Positions 23,123 through 33,504 are shown, counted from the first letter of the stretch. The stretch is 64,000 bases of DNA from an uncultured delta proteobacterium (GCA_963754925.1 CAVWHX010000009.1:1-64000), one strand, 5' to 3'. Notes: generated by a model from the letters alone, not told the origin. Made by a program: numbers and translations.

Positions 23123-23716
23123 ATGGAAAACATAGTCAGTCAAGTAGATTCCGTGTTCATATACATCATCGTCTTCAGCCTGGTCATTCTTGTCTCGATT
23201 ACCGCGGTGATGATATTTTTCGTCATACGGTACCGCCGGGACAAAAATCCGCAGCCCTCGGATATCCGGGGCAGCTGGAAGGCGGAATTCATTTGGATGG
23301 CGGTGCCGACGCTCATCGCGCTGTCGATGTTTTACTTCGGCTGGGAGTCATTTCTGGGCCTGCGGGCCGTCCCTCCCGGCGCCCTTAACATTGACGTGCA
23401 GGCCATGCAGTTTTCATGGGTTTTCATATATCCAAACAAGAAACAGTCGGAAGGCGATCTGGTGGTGCCCCAGGGCAAACCGATCAAGCTGAACCTCACC
23501 TCACTCGATGTCATCCACGGGTTCTACGTTCCGTCGTTCCGCATAAAGATAGACGTCCTCAAGGGCATGACGACGTATACCTGGTTTTACGCAGACCGGA
23601 TTGGCGAGTATCCCATTTTTTGCACCCAATATTGCGGCGTCGGCCACGCCAATATGCGCGGAACCGTGCGTATCGTAACCGAACCTGAATATAATGAGTG
23701 GCTCAATAAAAAATAA
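23123..23716 (+). CDS. ctaC: Cytochrome c oxidase subunit II (CuA domain, no fused cytochrome c)
   Basis: Two TM helices, QFSW, DVIHGF, CTQYCGVGHANM CuA motif; no CxxCH. Confidence 0.94.
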   Translation: MENIVSQVDSVFIYIIVFSLVILVSITAVMIFFVIRYRRDKNPQPSDIRGSWKAEFIWMAVPTLIALSMFYFGWESFLGLRAVPPGALNIDVQAMQFSWVFIYPNKKQSEGDLVVPQGKPIKLNLTSLDVIHGFYVPSFRIKIDVLKGMTTYTWFYADRIGEYPIFCTQYCGVGHANMRGTVRIVTEPEYNEWLNKK

Positions 23717-24587
23717 AGCGGCGCGCCGTCTCGAGCGCATCGGGACGTTGGCAAGCCTGTTCAAGCTGCCGGTAAGCTTCATGAGCGCTTGCGCCGTGCT
23801 CATGGGTTATTCGGCATATGACCCGTTCCACGTCTGGCAGGCACGGTGGCCGGCGTTGAGCGTGTTTTTTCTCGCGGCCGGTTCGGCTGCGCTCAACAAC
23901 GTTCAGGATCGGCGCATCGACGCCGGCATGGAACGGACGTTTCGGCGGCCGCTCCCGGCAGGCCGTCTATCCCCGGCCGCGGGCGTTGTTCTCGCAGCGA
24001 TAGCCACTGCCGCCGGCATGGCCGGGTTGATGGTCTCCACGGCATCCTACGCGGCGCCTCTGGCGGGCGCTTCGGCGGTCGTTTTGTACAACGCGCTCTA
24101 TACCCCGTTGAAGAAACGCACCCAGCTCGCCATGATCCCGGGCGTCATCTGCGGCATGTTCCCTCCCCTTATCGGATGGCTCGCCGGCGGCGGCAGCCTG
24201 TTTTCATTCACGCCCTGGTACCTCATGATCCTTTTCGGCACCTGGCAGATACCGCACTTTTGGCTCATACTCATGGCGCACCGAGACGACTATCGAAGGA
24301 ACGGCATTCCCTCGATCCTGGATCAATTCTCGGAACAACATATAAAGAACGTTCTCCTTATCTGGGTAGCGGCTTTTTCGGTGTTGCTGTTGTTTATGCG
24401 CCCGTTGTTCCCCACGCACCACGGCGCTCCAGCGCTCATACCGATTGCGCTGGCCCTCAGTACGCCTCCGATGTTCATCCTGCTTCTCCGGGCATCAGAG
24501 AGTCGCAGCGTCTACAAATTCCTCTTCCACTTTTTAAATGGGTCTGCGTTCATCATAGCCATGACGCTGGTGATGGGTGCGGCGTAG
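23694..24587 (+). CDS. ctaB: Protoheme IX farnesyltransferase (heme o synthase)
   Basis: NNVQDRRIDAGMERTFRRPLPAG, YTPLKK, WQIPHF, DDY. Start uncertain. Confidence 0.9.
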   Translation: MSGSIKNKAARRLERIGTLASLFKLPVSFMSACAVLMGYSAYDPFHVWQARWPALSVFFLAAGSAALNNVQDRRIDAGMERTFRRPLPAGRLSPAAGVVLAAIATAAGMAGLMVSTASYAAPLAGASAVVLYNALYTPLKKRTQLAMIPGVICGMFPPLIGWLAGGGSLFSFTPWYLMILFGTWQIPHFWLILMAHRDDYRRNGIPSILDQFSEQHIKNVLLIWVAAFSVLLLFMRPLFPTHHGAPALIPIALALSTPPMFILLLRASESRSVYKFLFHFLNGSAFIIAMTLVMGAA

Positions 24588-24803
24588 ACATTACCCAAAA
24601 CTATTCCGTTGAGGGCTTCAGTGGAGAACGAACCCCGTTCTCGATTCGCCCGCCGAAAAGTCAATGTTTCCTTAGAAACGCCGCAACAGGAACCATTTTA
24701 TGGTGTTGAACTCTGGGGTTATGGGTTTGTGTTAATTACACTACGAAGTCTCTTATCATATTGAAATAATTGAATAATAGTTTCCTGTCGATTTTGCCGG
24801 CTT

Positions 24804-24846
24804 GTTTCAAACACGTCATAAAACTGCCACGTAAGCGTTCTATTCA
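24804..24846 (+). promoter_or_regulatory. Pho-box-like direct repeat array
   Basis: gtttc/gtcat/gccac at 24804/24815/24826 (11-bp period). CGTCATAAAACTGCCAC resembles the PhoB consensus CTGTCATAAAACTGTCAC. Confidence 0.65.
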
Positions 24847-24918
24847 TTCGTGCGAGCGAATCGCTGGTTGTCAGCGCCGCTCAAGGGAATTCCCAAACAT
24901 TTTTTTAGGAGGTGTGCA

Positions 24919-26526
24919 ATGGTCATGGAAACAAAACACATGAAGAAGAAGAGGCTCGGCCTCGGAATCGCCGCCGCGCTCGCGGCGATGTCGTTCGGGC
25001 AGCAGGCGTATGGTCAAGCCGCGCCGCCCTGGAACCTCAACGGCTCGGATACGTGGCATGACGTCATCGTTCAGGCGCTCACCACGGCGAACGCGAATTG
25101 TCCGGGAACCAATCTCACCAACACCATTAGCAATCTGGTTTACTTAGGCGGCGGCTCGGGCACCGCGGAAACCAACATGGGCAACAACGCACAGAGCATC
25201 GGGCCCATGTCACGCAATTTCAAGCAAGCGGTCCTGACTGCCCACCCGACCTGGGCTCCTACCCTGCAAAATGTCGGGGGCCTGGATGCGGTTGTCATCA
25301 TCACCAAGAACACCACGAAGCGCATCAAGAACATCCAACTTCCGACTCCGGTCGGGGTGTCGAACCAAGCGGCCACGAATGATCCATTGGCAGCGTGCAG
25401 TCTTGGCGTAACCGGACCCTGTTACACTCAATTGTTGGAGGTCGTTTTAAGCGGCATCGACGGATCGGGATCGGTTGCGGCTTGCTCGGACCAGCGCAGG
25501 GTCCAGGCCGTCCTGGATCTGGCGGCAGCGCAGGGCGTTACTACAATCGACCATTTCTACCGCCGGGATGACAACTCCGGCACCACCAACACCATCTTTG
25601 AGAAAATAAATGTCGGACTCTTTTGCAACGGTCGTGCGCGCGGCATCTTGGGGACAAACCTTGTTAATCACAACCTCAACAACCAGGATATGGATCCTAT
25701 TCGACGACCCTGTCCGGCGATTACCGCTGGCACCTACCCTAATGCGACCACCTGTACGGATATGACCACCGGTCTGGCCTGCACTGCCGCTGATGGCAAC
25801 CCCCACTGCACCCAAGGGTTGGTGGTGGCGATATCCGATCCCGATCCGGGCGACACTGATGTCACCACCTCCATAGGCAAGCGCGTGGGCAATAGCACCG
25901 CGGGCACCGTGATGGGTTACGCCGGGCGCGAGGGCAAAGACCAGCCGAACGCCACGGCCCCGTACATCAATACCAATAGCTACTCCGACGCCCTCGTCCG
26001 TTTGGATGTGTACATGTTGTCGCGCCGGTTGTACTTCCAGTACGGACCCGATATCACTGATGCAAACCCTCTCCCAGGAGCTACCCTTGGCGGCGGCGCC
26101 AACCAAGTTGCCACCGAGCTGGAGTTCTATAAATGGGCGACCGATGAGGTGGGCAACAATTGCAACGGCGCGCCCGGACGCTGCAACCTCAATTCCATCC
26201 TTCTGCAGTACGGCTTCATCGCCTGCATGGACGATTGCACCGCAACGGTTCCGCCTACTAATCTGTGCAACAAACAACCATATCCCGCCGGCGCTTCGAC
26301 GGTGACCAATTGCTTCCCCGCTAACACAAACGGCGTATCGACGTATGCGTCGGTGGCCTGCACTGCGACCGCCGGTGTGTATTGTTGCAGCACAGGCCTG
26401 GCGTGTCCGGGAGCCGCCTGCGCCGCGGTATCAGGTTTGCCCACAAACAGCGCTTGCACCCAAAATACGGACTGTGCGTCTAGCGCTTGCGCTGACCCGG
26501 GTATCGGCATAGCCGTTTGCGGCTAA
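24919..26526 (+). CDS. Secreted cysteine-rich PstS-like (phosphate-binding PBP fold) protein
   Basis: Signal peptide and PstS-type motifs in order: NGSDT, GGGSGT, MSR, GLDAVVII, RRDDNSGT, MGY, Y..SRRLYF. About 24 Cys; RBS aggagg. Confidence 0.72.
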   Translation: MVMETKHMKKKRLGLGIAAALAAMSFGQQAYGQAAPPWNLNGSDTWHDVIVQALTTANANCPGTNLTNTISNLVYLGGGSGTAETNMGNNAQSIGPMSRNFKQAVLTAHPTWAPTLQNVGGLDAVVIITKNTTKRIKNIQLPTPVGVSNQAATNDPLAACSLGVTGPCYTQLLEVVLSGIDGSGSVAACSDQRRVQAVLDLAAAQGVTTIDHFYRRDDNSGTTNTIFEKINVGLFCNGRARGILGTNLVNHNLNNQDMDPIRRPCPAITAGTYPNATTCTDMTTGLACTAADGNPHCTQGLVVAISDPDPGDTDVTTSIGKRVGNSTAGTVMGYAGREGKDQPNATAPYINTNSYSDALVRLDVYMLSRRLYFQYGPDITDANPLPGATLGGGANQVATELEFYKWATDEVGNNCNGAPGRCNLNSILLQYGFIACMDDCTATVPPTNLCNKQPYPAGASTVTNCFPANTNGVSTYASVACTATAGVYCCSTGLACPGAACAAVSGLPTNSACTQNTDCASSACADPGIGIAVCG

Positions 26527-26677
26527 TTGAGTCTTATCGTTCAACTGAAAAAAAGAGAAAGGAGGGAGGACAGCAAAAAAATAACGATAACTGGGGAAGG
26601 CCGATGGAGATGAAAAAAGGTCGGTTTTGAAAATATAGAATCAACCACTAACACAGAAAGTAAAAAAGGAGTAACCC

Positions 26678-29600
26678 ATGTCAGTATCCTTTAAAAAGAT
26701 TCTTCTACTGGCGACGGTCGTGTCGGCCCTCGCGGCGGCAGGCTGCAGCCAAACGCCGAGCACGGGAGCTGCTCAAATCGGCGTGAGTACCAGTGCATTG
26801 ACATCAGATGTAACTAAAATCACGGTTTCCATTAGCGGTTTAGGATTGACGACCCCCATGACCACGCAGCTCACCAAGGCCCAGGACGGCATCCAGTGGA
26901 CCGGCCACGTTGAAGGCATTCCGACCGGCACGGATGGTGTGTTCAGCGCGCAAGCGTTTAATAGCTCCAACGTTGCGATTTATCAGGGTTCGGTGAGTCC
27001 TGTGACCATTACCGGCGGCAGCACCACCGTGGTGGTCATTTTACTGCAGGACATGAACCCCAGTCAGGGTCTCAATAAAGACACCCCGATCATCTCGGGC
27101 ATTTCGATGAGCAGCAATCACGTCACCCCCGGCGCGCTGGTTAATTTGACCGCCAGCGCCAGCATTCCGAACGGTGATACTCTTTCGTACCTGTGGAGCG
27201 CCACCTGCGTTCCCGCGGGACCGGCTCCGTCTCCTAACGGCAGCTTCAGCGCGACCACCGTCAACAACCCGACCTGGACCGCGCCGAATACTGCTAGCAA
27301 TGTAGTGTCCATCTGCACCTTCTCGCTTATGGTGTCAGACCCTTCCCTCTCGGGCTCGACTTCCGTGACGACCTTCTTCACCATCCAAGTGTCGGTTGAT
27401 ACCGGCAAGGCCGACGTTCAAGCTTATGTGAACACCTGGCCCGTTATCTCCATGTTGGAAGCCGACCTGGTTTTCACTCCTGCTACCTCCCTCCAGGCAT
27501 GGACTTTCAAGCTGACGACCACTGACCCCGACGGCGACAACACCAATATAGTGTGGTGGTCATCCTGTCAGGTCAATGGTGGTACGTGGAACTACAGCGC
27601 CCCAAACACCGTCACCACCCCGCAGTTCAACGTATTCGACAGCGTGGATAGCTGCAACTTCACCGTGACGGTCACCGACCTGTGCACGAACAACGACTGC
27701 GGCACGAACCCCAACGCCATTGGATATTTGGCGAATGGCGCTCCCCGCGGCGGTTCGGTCACTGGCACGGTTAACGGCCACCTGCCGGCCACGGCCCAAT
27801 CGGCTCCGCTGGTTACCGTAACCAGCGTGCCCAACACCAGCGGCCCGAACGGCGCTACTGTCGTAACACCCGGCAGCAATAACATTCTTGCCGTGCACGC
27901 CACGGATCCGCAGGATCCGTCGGCGACACTACCCCTGTATTTCACCTGGACTGCCAACCAAGGTTCGTTTGTGGCCGGTTCCGAAGCTGACAGCTCGCGG
28001 GACAGCAGCATTGTTTGGCTCCCACCCGCGCCGATGTCTTCAAACATGAGCGTTACGGTTAAAGTAACCTCCCAAAAGTCGGCTCTTTCCACCACGCAGA
28101 CCTTCGTCTTTGTATCCACCGACCCGTGCGTGGGTCAGACAGATGGCACGACCTGTACCAGTCTTAACAAGTGCTTCGGCTCGGCTTCTTGCCTAGGCGG
28201 CATATGCACGGGTTCCAACCCGACAGTGTGCACGGCGTCTGATCTATGCCACGCCGTTGGCACCTGTGACCCCAATAGCGGTAGTTGCTCGAACCCGGCG
28301 AAAACGGATGGCTCAAGTTGCAACGACAACAATGCCTGCACCCAGACCGACACCTGCCTGTCAGGCGTGTGCACGGGTTCAAACCCGGTGGTGTGCGTGG
28401 CGCTTGACGCCTGCCACCAAGTTGGCACATGTGACACCGGAACCGGTGTATGTTCTAATCCGTTCCAACCGATCAATACCCCCTGTGTCGGCACCAATAA
28501 GTGCAACCAGACCTACCTTTGCGACGGCGCCGGCACCTGCGTGGGCTCCAACACCGTAAATTGCGCCTCCGGCGTTTGTATGTCCGGCGGCACCTGCGAC
28601 CAGACAAGCGGCCAATGCACGGGCGGCACTCCTATTAATAACGGTGGAACCTGCGACGACGGCAACATTTGCACCACCAACGATAAATGCACGAACGGCA
28701 CTTGTATTGGTACATCTTGCCAACCAGGCACCGTTTGCACGAGTACCGGCTGCGTGGCCACCAAAGTGACGCCTCAAGCTGTCCAGTTAATACCGGTGCC
28801 ACAGTTTAATGGTGTGGCGATGGACCTTGGCGGCAATTCTTACATCACCGGCCCGATCTTCACACCCACCCAGCAGTTCACGGGTGTCAGCGGCACCATC
28901 AATGTAACCTCCAACGGCGGCGCGGACGTGGTGGTCGCCAAATACGATCCGATCAGCATGAAGGCCGTGTGGGCCCGTAACTACGGCGACTCTTCGGATC
29001 AGTTCGGCTCCGGGGTTGGGGTGACCGCGGACAATACAGTCGCGGTGTTCGGCAACTACATGGGCTCCCTGAGCTCCGGGTCAATCAATCTGGCCAACAC
29101 CAGCACCGCTCCGTACGATTTCTTGATCGGCTTGGACGGAGCGACCGGCAACGGCAAGTGGGGCAAGTCATTCAATGACGGCTTGGGCGGCGCGATAGTC
29201 GCGATTGCCGCAAATCCCGCTCTCAACCTGATCGCGATCTGTGGGTACACCAACCAGGCCGCAACCGACCTCGTGCCGGGCGCGACCTACGTCAGCGGAA
29301 CCACCAACATCGTCATCGGCATGTTTAAATCCGACGGCACGCTGGTATGGTCCCGTCAGATAGGCACTGCCGGAATCGAGGAGTGCGACTCGCTGGTGAT
29401 CGACAACAACGGCGATTTGTACGCGGCCGGCAAGTACAACGGCGTGCTGGACCTGGGCTTGGGCGCCCTGCCTAACCCGAGTTCCAACTTCCGTCGTTGG
29501 TTGTGGGTGGCCAAGATGAGCGGCACGGCGCCGGGCACGACCCTCTCGAACGCCGCTTTCTACGGTTGTGCGAGCGGAAACTGCATGAACGGCGTGCACA

Positions 29601-30142
29601 CCGCGAATTCCCTGGCCCTGGATTCGCAGAACAAGCTGCTGGTGGGCGGAAGCTTCACCAACGTGTTGGACTTTGCTCCCGCGGATGCGACCAAGGAAAT
29701 GACGTCGGCGGGCGGCGCGGATGCGTTTGTGGCCAAGCTGGATCCGGCGGCGGGTTTTGCGCGGATCTGGGCGGTCAGCATGGGCAGCACGTTAGACGAT
29801 TCCACCCAGGGAGTGGCCGTGGACTCCGTGGACGACGTGGTGGCGGTTGGTTACTACGGCGCTAACACCACCGTTGGGCCAGCGCTGACCGACGCGGGCT
29901 CCACGGATGCGTTTATCTGGAAGCTCTCGGGCGTCGACGGCTCCACGGAGCAAGCGGTTGGTTACGGCGATGCCCAAGGCCAGAGCGCGGATCGAGTGGC
30001 AGTCAACGGCCAGGGCACCAGCAACATCGACCTGGTGGAGATCGGCGGACTTCTGAACGGTACGATAACCTTCCCGTCTCCGGCAGGTCCCTTGAGCGCC
30101 ACACAAACCTCATCCTTCCTCTTGTTCAGCAACATCAAATAG
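26678..30142 (+). CDS. Large surface lipoprotein: Ig-like domains, Cys-rich repeats and C-terminal beta-propeller (SBBP-like)
   Basis: Lipobox LAAAGC; CNDNNACTQTDTC-type repeats; blade motifs (DVVVAKY...W, DAFVAKL...W, GVAVDS). Confidence 0.75.
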   Translation: MSVSFKKILLLATVVSALAAAGCSQTPSTGAAQIGVSTSALTSDVTKITVSISGLGLTTPMTTQLTKAQDGIQWTGHVEGIPTGTDGVFSAQAFNSSNVAIYQGSVSPVTITGGSTTVVVILLQDMNPSQGLNKDTPIISGISMSSNHVTPGALVNLTASASIPNGDTLSYLWSATCVPAGPAPSPNGSFSATTVNNPTWTAPNTASNVVSICTFSLMVSDPSLSGSTSVTTFFTIQVSVDTGKADVQAYVNTWPVISMLEADLVFTPATSLQAWTFKLTTTDPDGDNTNIVWWSSCQVNGGTWNYSAPNTVTTPQFNVFDSVDSCNFTVTVTDLCTNNDCGTNPNAIGYLANGAPRGGSVTGTVNGHLPATAQSAPLVTVTSVPNTSGPNGATVVTPGSNNILAVHATDPQDPSATLPLYFTWTANQGSFVAGSEADSSRDSSIVWLPPAPMSSNMSVTVKVTSQKSALSTTQTFVFVSTDPCVGQTDGTTCTSLNKCFGSASCLGGICTGSNPTVCTASDLCHAVGTCDPNSGSCSNPAKTDGSSCNDNNACTQTDTCLSGVCTGSNPVVCVALDACHQVGTCDTGTGVCSNPFQPINTPCVGTNKCNQTYLCDGAGTCVGSNTVNCASGVCMSGGTCDQTSGQCTGGTPINNGGTCDDGNICTTNDKCTNGTCIGTSCQPGTVCTSTGCVATKVTPQAVQLIPVPQFNGVAMDLGGNSYITGPIFTPTQQFTGVSGTINVTSNGGADVVVAKYDPISMKAVWARNYGDSSDQFGSGVGVTADNTVAVFGNYMGSLSSGSINLANTSTAPYDFLIGLDGATGNGKWGKSFNDGLGGAIVAIAANPALNLIAICGYTNQAATDLVPGATYVSGTTNIVIGMFKSDGTLVWSRQIGTAGIEECDSLVIDNNGDLYAAGKYNGVLDLGLGALPNPSSNFRRWLWVAKMSGTAPGTTLSNAAFYGCASGNCMNGVHTANSLALDSQNKLLVGGSFTNVLDFAPADATKEMTSAGGADAFVAKLDPAAGFARIWAVSMGSTLDDSTQGVAVDSVDDVVAVGYYGANTTVGPALTDAGSTDAFIWKLSGVDGSTEQAVGYGDAQGQSADRVAVNGQGTSNIDLVEIGGLLNGTITFPSPAGPLSATQTSSFLLFSNIK

Positions 30143-30190
30143 TATTCGTCCCATCATTCCGCCCGCGACCTTGTTAAGGTCGCGGGCGGA
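28764..30190 (+). repeat. ~1.4-kb direct repeat, copy 1 (propeller domain, stop codon and hairpin)
   Basis: Nearly identical at nucleotide level to 32129..33551. Confidence 0.95.
30158..30190 (+). terminator. Perfect 15-bp hairpin after the lipoprotein gene (no U tract); degenerate copy at ~33520-33551
   Basis: tccgcccgcgacctt-gtt-aaggtcgcgggcgga. Confidence 0.6.
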
Positions 30191-30237
30191 CCTTCCAAAC
30201 CGGTTCTACAACACAATCGAATAACATCACGGTTTAG

Positions 30238-30291
30238 TTTTCATAATTGTCACACAATCTTCATACGTTCTTCATCGAAAACTCTTAACCT
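30238..30291 (+). promoter_or_regulatory. Pho-box-like array with -10 element
   Basis: ttttc/gtcac/ttcat/ttcat at 30238/30249/30260/30271, then TAACCT 10 nt downstream; closely similar to 35026-35079. Confidence 0.65.
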
Positions 30292-30561
30292 ATTGACAAA
30301 ATTTTCCTGATGGATACGCACGGGCGCCAGTTCGGCGGTCGGTGATCCTTCCACGAAGTTCATGATCGAGGGCGTATGTCAGGCAGTCAGATCAAACGTC
30401 GGCACCTGCACCGGTGCAAACCTGGCCGATGAGATTGCGAGTCCGGGGATTTGTCGGATCTTCTTCTCATGCCGAGAAAAAAAGAAAGGAGCACATACCA
30501 TACCTGCGTTTTCAATTGTTGCCATCTAAAACGGAAACGGTAAAAAAAAAGGAGGCGCACC

Positions 30562-33504
30562 ATGCGTTCACTAGTTTTAGGAGTAGCGTTGAGTTTGTTA
30601 GTAGGAGCATTTACCGGCTGTTCGGGAGAAAAAGCGAAAGTTTCAACCGGCTCTCTCGTTGCCAACCTGATCGTTGCACCGGGCATCGATGAAACCGCAA
30701 TCAGTTACGAGATCACCGGAAACGGGATTGATCTCACCGGCACGATTCCGGTGACCTCCAACCCGGTGACGGCAAGCATCGCCGGAATTCCCGTGGGGAC
30801 TGCCTACACCATTAAGCTCTCTACGGCGGACGGCTTGTGTTCGGGTTCGTCTCCGTTCGACGTGACTGCGGGTCAAACCACGAATGTGAGCGTTCAGATA
30901 CAGTGCGCCAATACCCCGCAGCAAGGGGAAGTGGACGTTAGCGGCAACTTCGTGCTTTGCCCCACCATCAGCTCGGCGATTGCTGCGCCGGCTACGGTGA
31001 ATGTCGGCGGTACGATTCAAGTCAACGCCAATGCCCAGAACTTGAGCGGCGGAACGTTGACCTACGCCTGGACCGCCACGGCCGGGTCGTTTGCCGATCC
31101 TACGGCCGCCGGCACCGCCTATATGTGCAGCGCGGCCGGCGCGCAGACCCTGACTATTAAGGCGAGTAACGGAACGTGCAGCGACTCCCTGTCGATGAAC
31201 GTTACCTGCGCCGGCGCCGGCCCGACGTGCGGCAACGGCGTGGTGGATACCGGTGAGACCTGCGACACCGCTATCCCGGCGGGTCAAACGGGCGCCTGCC
31301 CGACCAGTTGCACGACCACTGACCCCTGTAATCCTATGACGTTACAGAACGCCGGCACCTGTACGGCCGCCTGCGTGAGCACACCGATTACATCCTGCAT
31401 AAGCGGCGACGGTTGCTGTCCAAGCGCCTGTACTCATGCCACGGACAGCGACTGCCCGGTTCAGAATTTGTGCGGCAACGGCGTGGTGGATGCCGGTGAG
31501 ACCTGCGACACCGCCATTCCCGCGGGTCAAACGGGCGCCTGCCCAACAAGCTGCACGGCTCCTGACGCGTGCACCACCTCGACGCTTCAAAACGCCGGCA
31601 CCTGTATGGCCGCGTGCGTCAATGCGCCGGTCGCGCCGTGCTGCGGCAACGGCGTCGTCGAAACCGGCGAGACCTGCGACACCGCTATCCCGGCGGGTCA
31701 AACGGGCGCCTGCCCGACAAGCTGCACCGCTCCGGACACCTGTACGACTTCTACATTGCAGAACGCGCACACCTGTACTGCCGCGTGCGTGAATACGCCC
31801 ATTACCGCTTGCATTAGCGGCGACGGTTGCTGTCCAGCCACCTGCACCCATGCCACGGACAGCGACTGCCCGGTTCAGAATTTGTGCGGCAACGGCGTGG
31901 TGGACGCCGGTGAGACCTGCGACACCGCCATTCCGGCGGGTCAAACGGGCGCCTGCCCCACCAGCTGCACGACCACTGACCCTTGTAACCCCATGACGCT
32001 TGAGAACGCCGGCACCTGCACGGCCCAATGCGTGGGCGCGCCGATCACGGCTTGTGTGGGTGGCGATAGCTGCTGCCCGTCCGGGTGCACTCACGCAAAT
32101 GACAGCGATTGCAGCGTCAGCCAGACCCAAGTGACGCCTCAAGCTGTCCAGTTAATACCGGTGCCACAGTTTAATGGTGTGGCGATGGACCTTGGCGGCA
32201 ATTCTTACATCACCGCCGCGATCTTCACACCCACCCAGCAGTTCACGGGTGTCAGCGGCACCATCAATGTAACCTCCAACGGCGGCGCGGACATTCTGGT
32301 CGCCAAATACGATCCGGTCAGCATGAAGGCCGTGTGGGCCCGTAACTACGGCGACTCTTCGGACCAGTTCGGCTCCGGGGTTGCGGTGACCGCGGACAAT
32401 ACGGTCGCGGTGTTCGGCAACTTCCTGGGCTCCCTGAGCTCCGGGTCAATCAATCTGGCCAACACCGGCACCGCTCCGTACGATTTCTTGATCGGCTTGG
32501 ACGGAGCGACCGGCAACGGCAAGTGGGGCAAGTCATTCAATGACGGCTTGGGCGGCGCGATAGTCGCGGTTGCCGCAAACCCCGCTCTCAACCTGATCGC
32601 GATCTGTGGGTACACCAACCAGGCCGCAACCGACCTCGTGCCGGGCGCGACCTTCGGCGGCGGAACCGACATCGTCATCGGCATGTTTAAATCCGACGGC
32701 ACGCTGGTATGGTCCCGTCAGATAGGCGCCGCCGGAACCGAAGAGTGCGACTCGCTGGTAATCGACAACAACGGCGACTTGTACGCGGCCGGCAAGTACA
32801 ACGGCGCGCTGGACCTGGGCTTGGGCGCCCTGCCTAACCCGAGTTCCAACTTCCGTCGTTGGTTGTGGGTGGCCAAGATGAGCGGCGCGGCGCCGGGCAC
32901 GACCCTCTCGAACGCCGCTTTCTACGGTTGTGCGAGCGGGACCTGCATGAACGGCGTGCACACCGCGAATTCCCTGGCCCTGGATTCGCAGAACAAGCTG
33001 CTGGTGGCCGGAAGCTTCACCAACGTGTTGGACTTCGCTCCCGCGGATGCGACCAAGGAAATGACGTCGGCGGGCGGCGCGGATGCGTTTGTGGCCAAGC
33101 TGGATCCGGCGGCGGGTTTTGCGCGGATCTGGGCGGTCAGCATGGGCAGCACGTTAGACGATTCCACCCAGGGAGTGGCCGTGGACTCCGTGGACGACGT
33201 GGTGGCGGTCGGCTACTACCAAGGCAACACCACCGGCGGGGCAACGCTGACCGACGCGGGCGCCTCGGACGCGTTTATCTGGAAGCTTTCGGGCGTCGAC
33301 GGCTCCACGCAGCAAGCGGTTGGTTACGGCGATGCCCAAGGCCAGACCGCGGATCGGGTGGCAGTCAACGGCCAGGGCACCAGCAACATCGACCTGGTGG
33401 AGATCGGCGGGGTTCTGAACGGTACGATAACCTTCCCGGCTCCGGCAGGCTCCTTGACCGCCACACAAACCTCATCCTTCCTCTTGTTCGCCAACATCAA
33501 ATAG
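30562..33504 (+). CDS. Large surface lipoprotein: Ig-like domains, four myxobacterial Cys-rich repeats and the same C-terminal beta-propeller
   Basis: Lipobox FTGC; CGNGVVDxGETCD repeats; C-terminal ~460 aa nearly identical to that of 26678..30142; RBS aggagg. Confidence 0.78.
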   Translation: MRSLVLGVALSLLVGAFTGCSGEKAKVSTGSLVANLIVAPGIDETAISYEITGNGIDLTGTIPVTSNPVTASIAGIPVGTAYTIKLSTADGLCSGSSPFDVTAGQTTNVSVQIQCANTPQQGEVDVSGNFVLCPTISSAIAAPATVNVGGTIQVNANAQNLSGGTLTYAWTATAGSFADPTAAGTAYMCSAAGAQTLTIKASNGTCSDSLSMNVTCAGAGPTCGNGVVDTGETCDTAIPAGQTGACPTSCTTTDPCNPMTLQNAGTCTAACVSTPITSCISGDGCCPSACTHATDSDCPVQNLCGNGVVDAGETCDTAIPAGQTGACPTSCTAPDACTTSTLQNAGTCMAACVNAPVAPCCGNGVVETGETCDTAIPAGQTGACPTSCTAPDTCTTSTLQNAHTCTAACVNTPITACISGDGCCPATCTHATDSDCPVQNLCGNGVVDAGETCDTAIPAGQTGACPTSCTTTDPCNPMTLENAGTCTAQCVGAPITACVGGDSCCPSGCTHANDSDCSVSQTQVTPQAVQLIPVPQFNGVAMDLGGNSYITAAIFTPTQQFTGVSGTINVTSNGGADILVAKYDPVSMKAVWARNYGDSSDQFGSGVAVTADNTVAVFGNFLGSLSSGSINLANTGTAPYDFLIGLDGATGNGKWGKSFNDGLGGAIVAVAANPALNLIAICGYTNQAATDLVPGATFGGGTDIVIGMFKSDGTLVWSRQIGAAGTEECDSLVIDNNGDLYAAGKYNGALDLGLGALPNPSSNFRRWLWVAKMSGAAPGTTLSNAAFYGCASGTCMNGVHTANSLALDSQNKLLVAGSFTNVLDFAPADATKEMTSAGGADAFVAKLDPAAGFARIWAVSMGSTLDDSTQGVAVDSVDDVVAVGYYQGNTTGGATLTDAGASDAFIWKLSGVDGSTQQAVGYGDAQGQTADRVAVNGQGTSNIDLVEIGGVLNGTITFPAPAGSLTATQTSSFLLFANIK
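31228..32112 (+). repeat. Four intragenic Cys-rich tandem repeats
   Basis: Units start at 31228, 31471, 31642 and 31885 with CGNGVV(D/E)xGETCDTAIPAGQTGACPTSC. Confidence 0.92.

Noticed and set aside
30310..30560. Riboswitch or ncRNA in the long leader of lipoprotein 2
   Set aside because: No recognisable conserved motif by eye; an Rfam/Infernal search would be needed.
31228..32112. Regularly spaced repeats resembling a CRISPR array
   Set aside because: They are in-frame coding repeats with related spacers and wobble-position variation; no cas genes are present.
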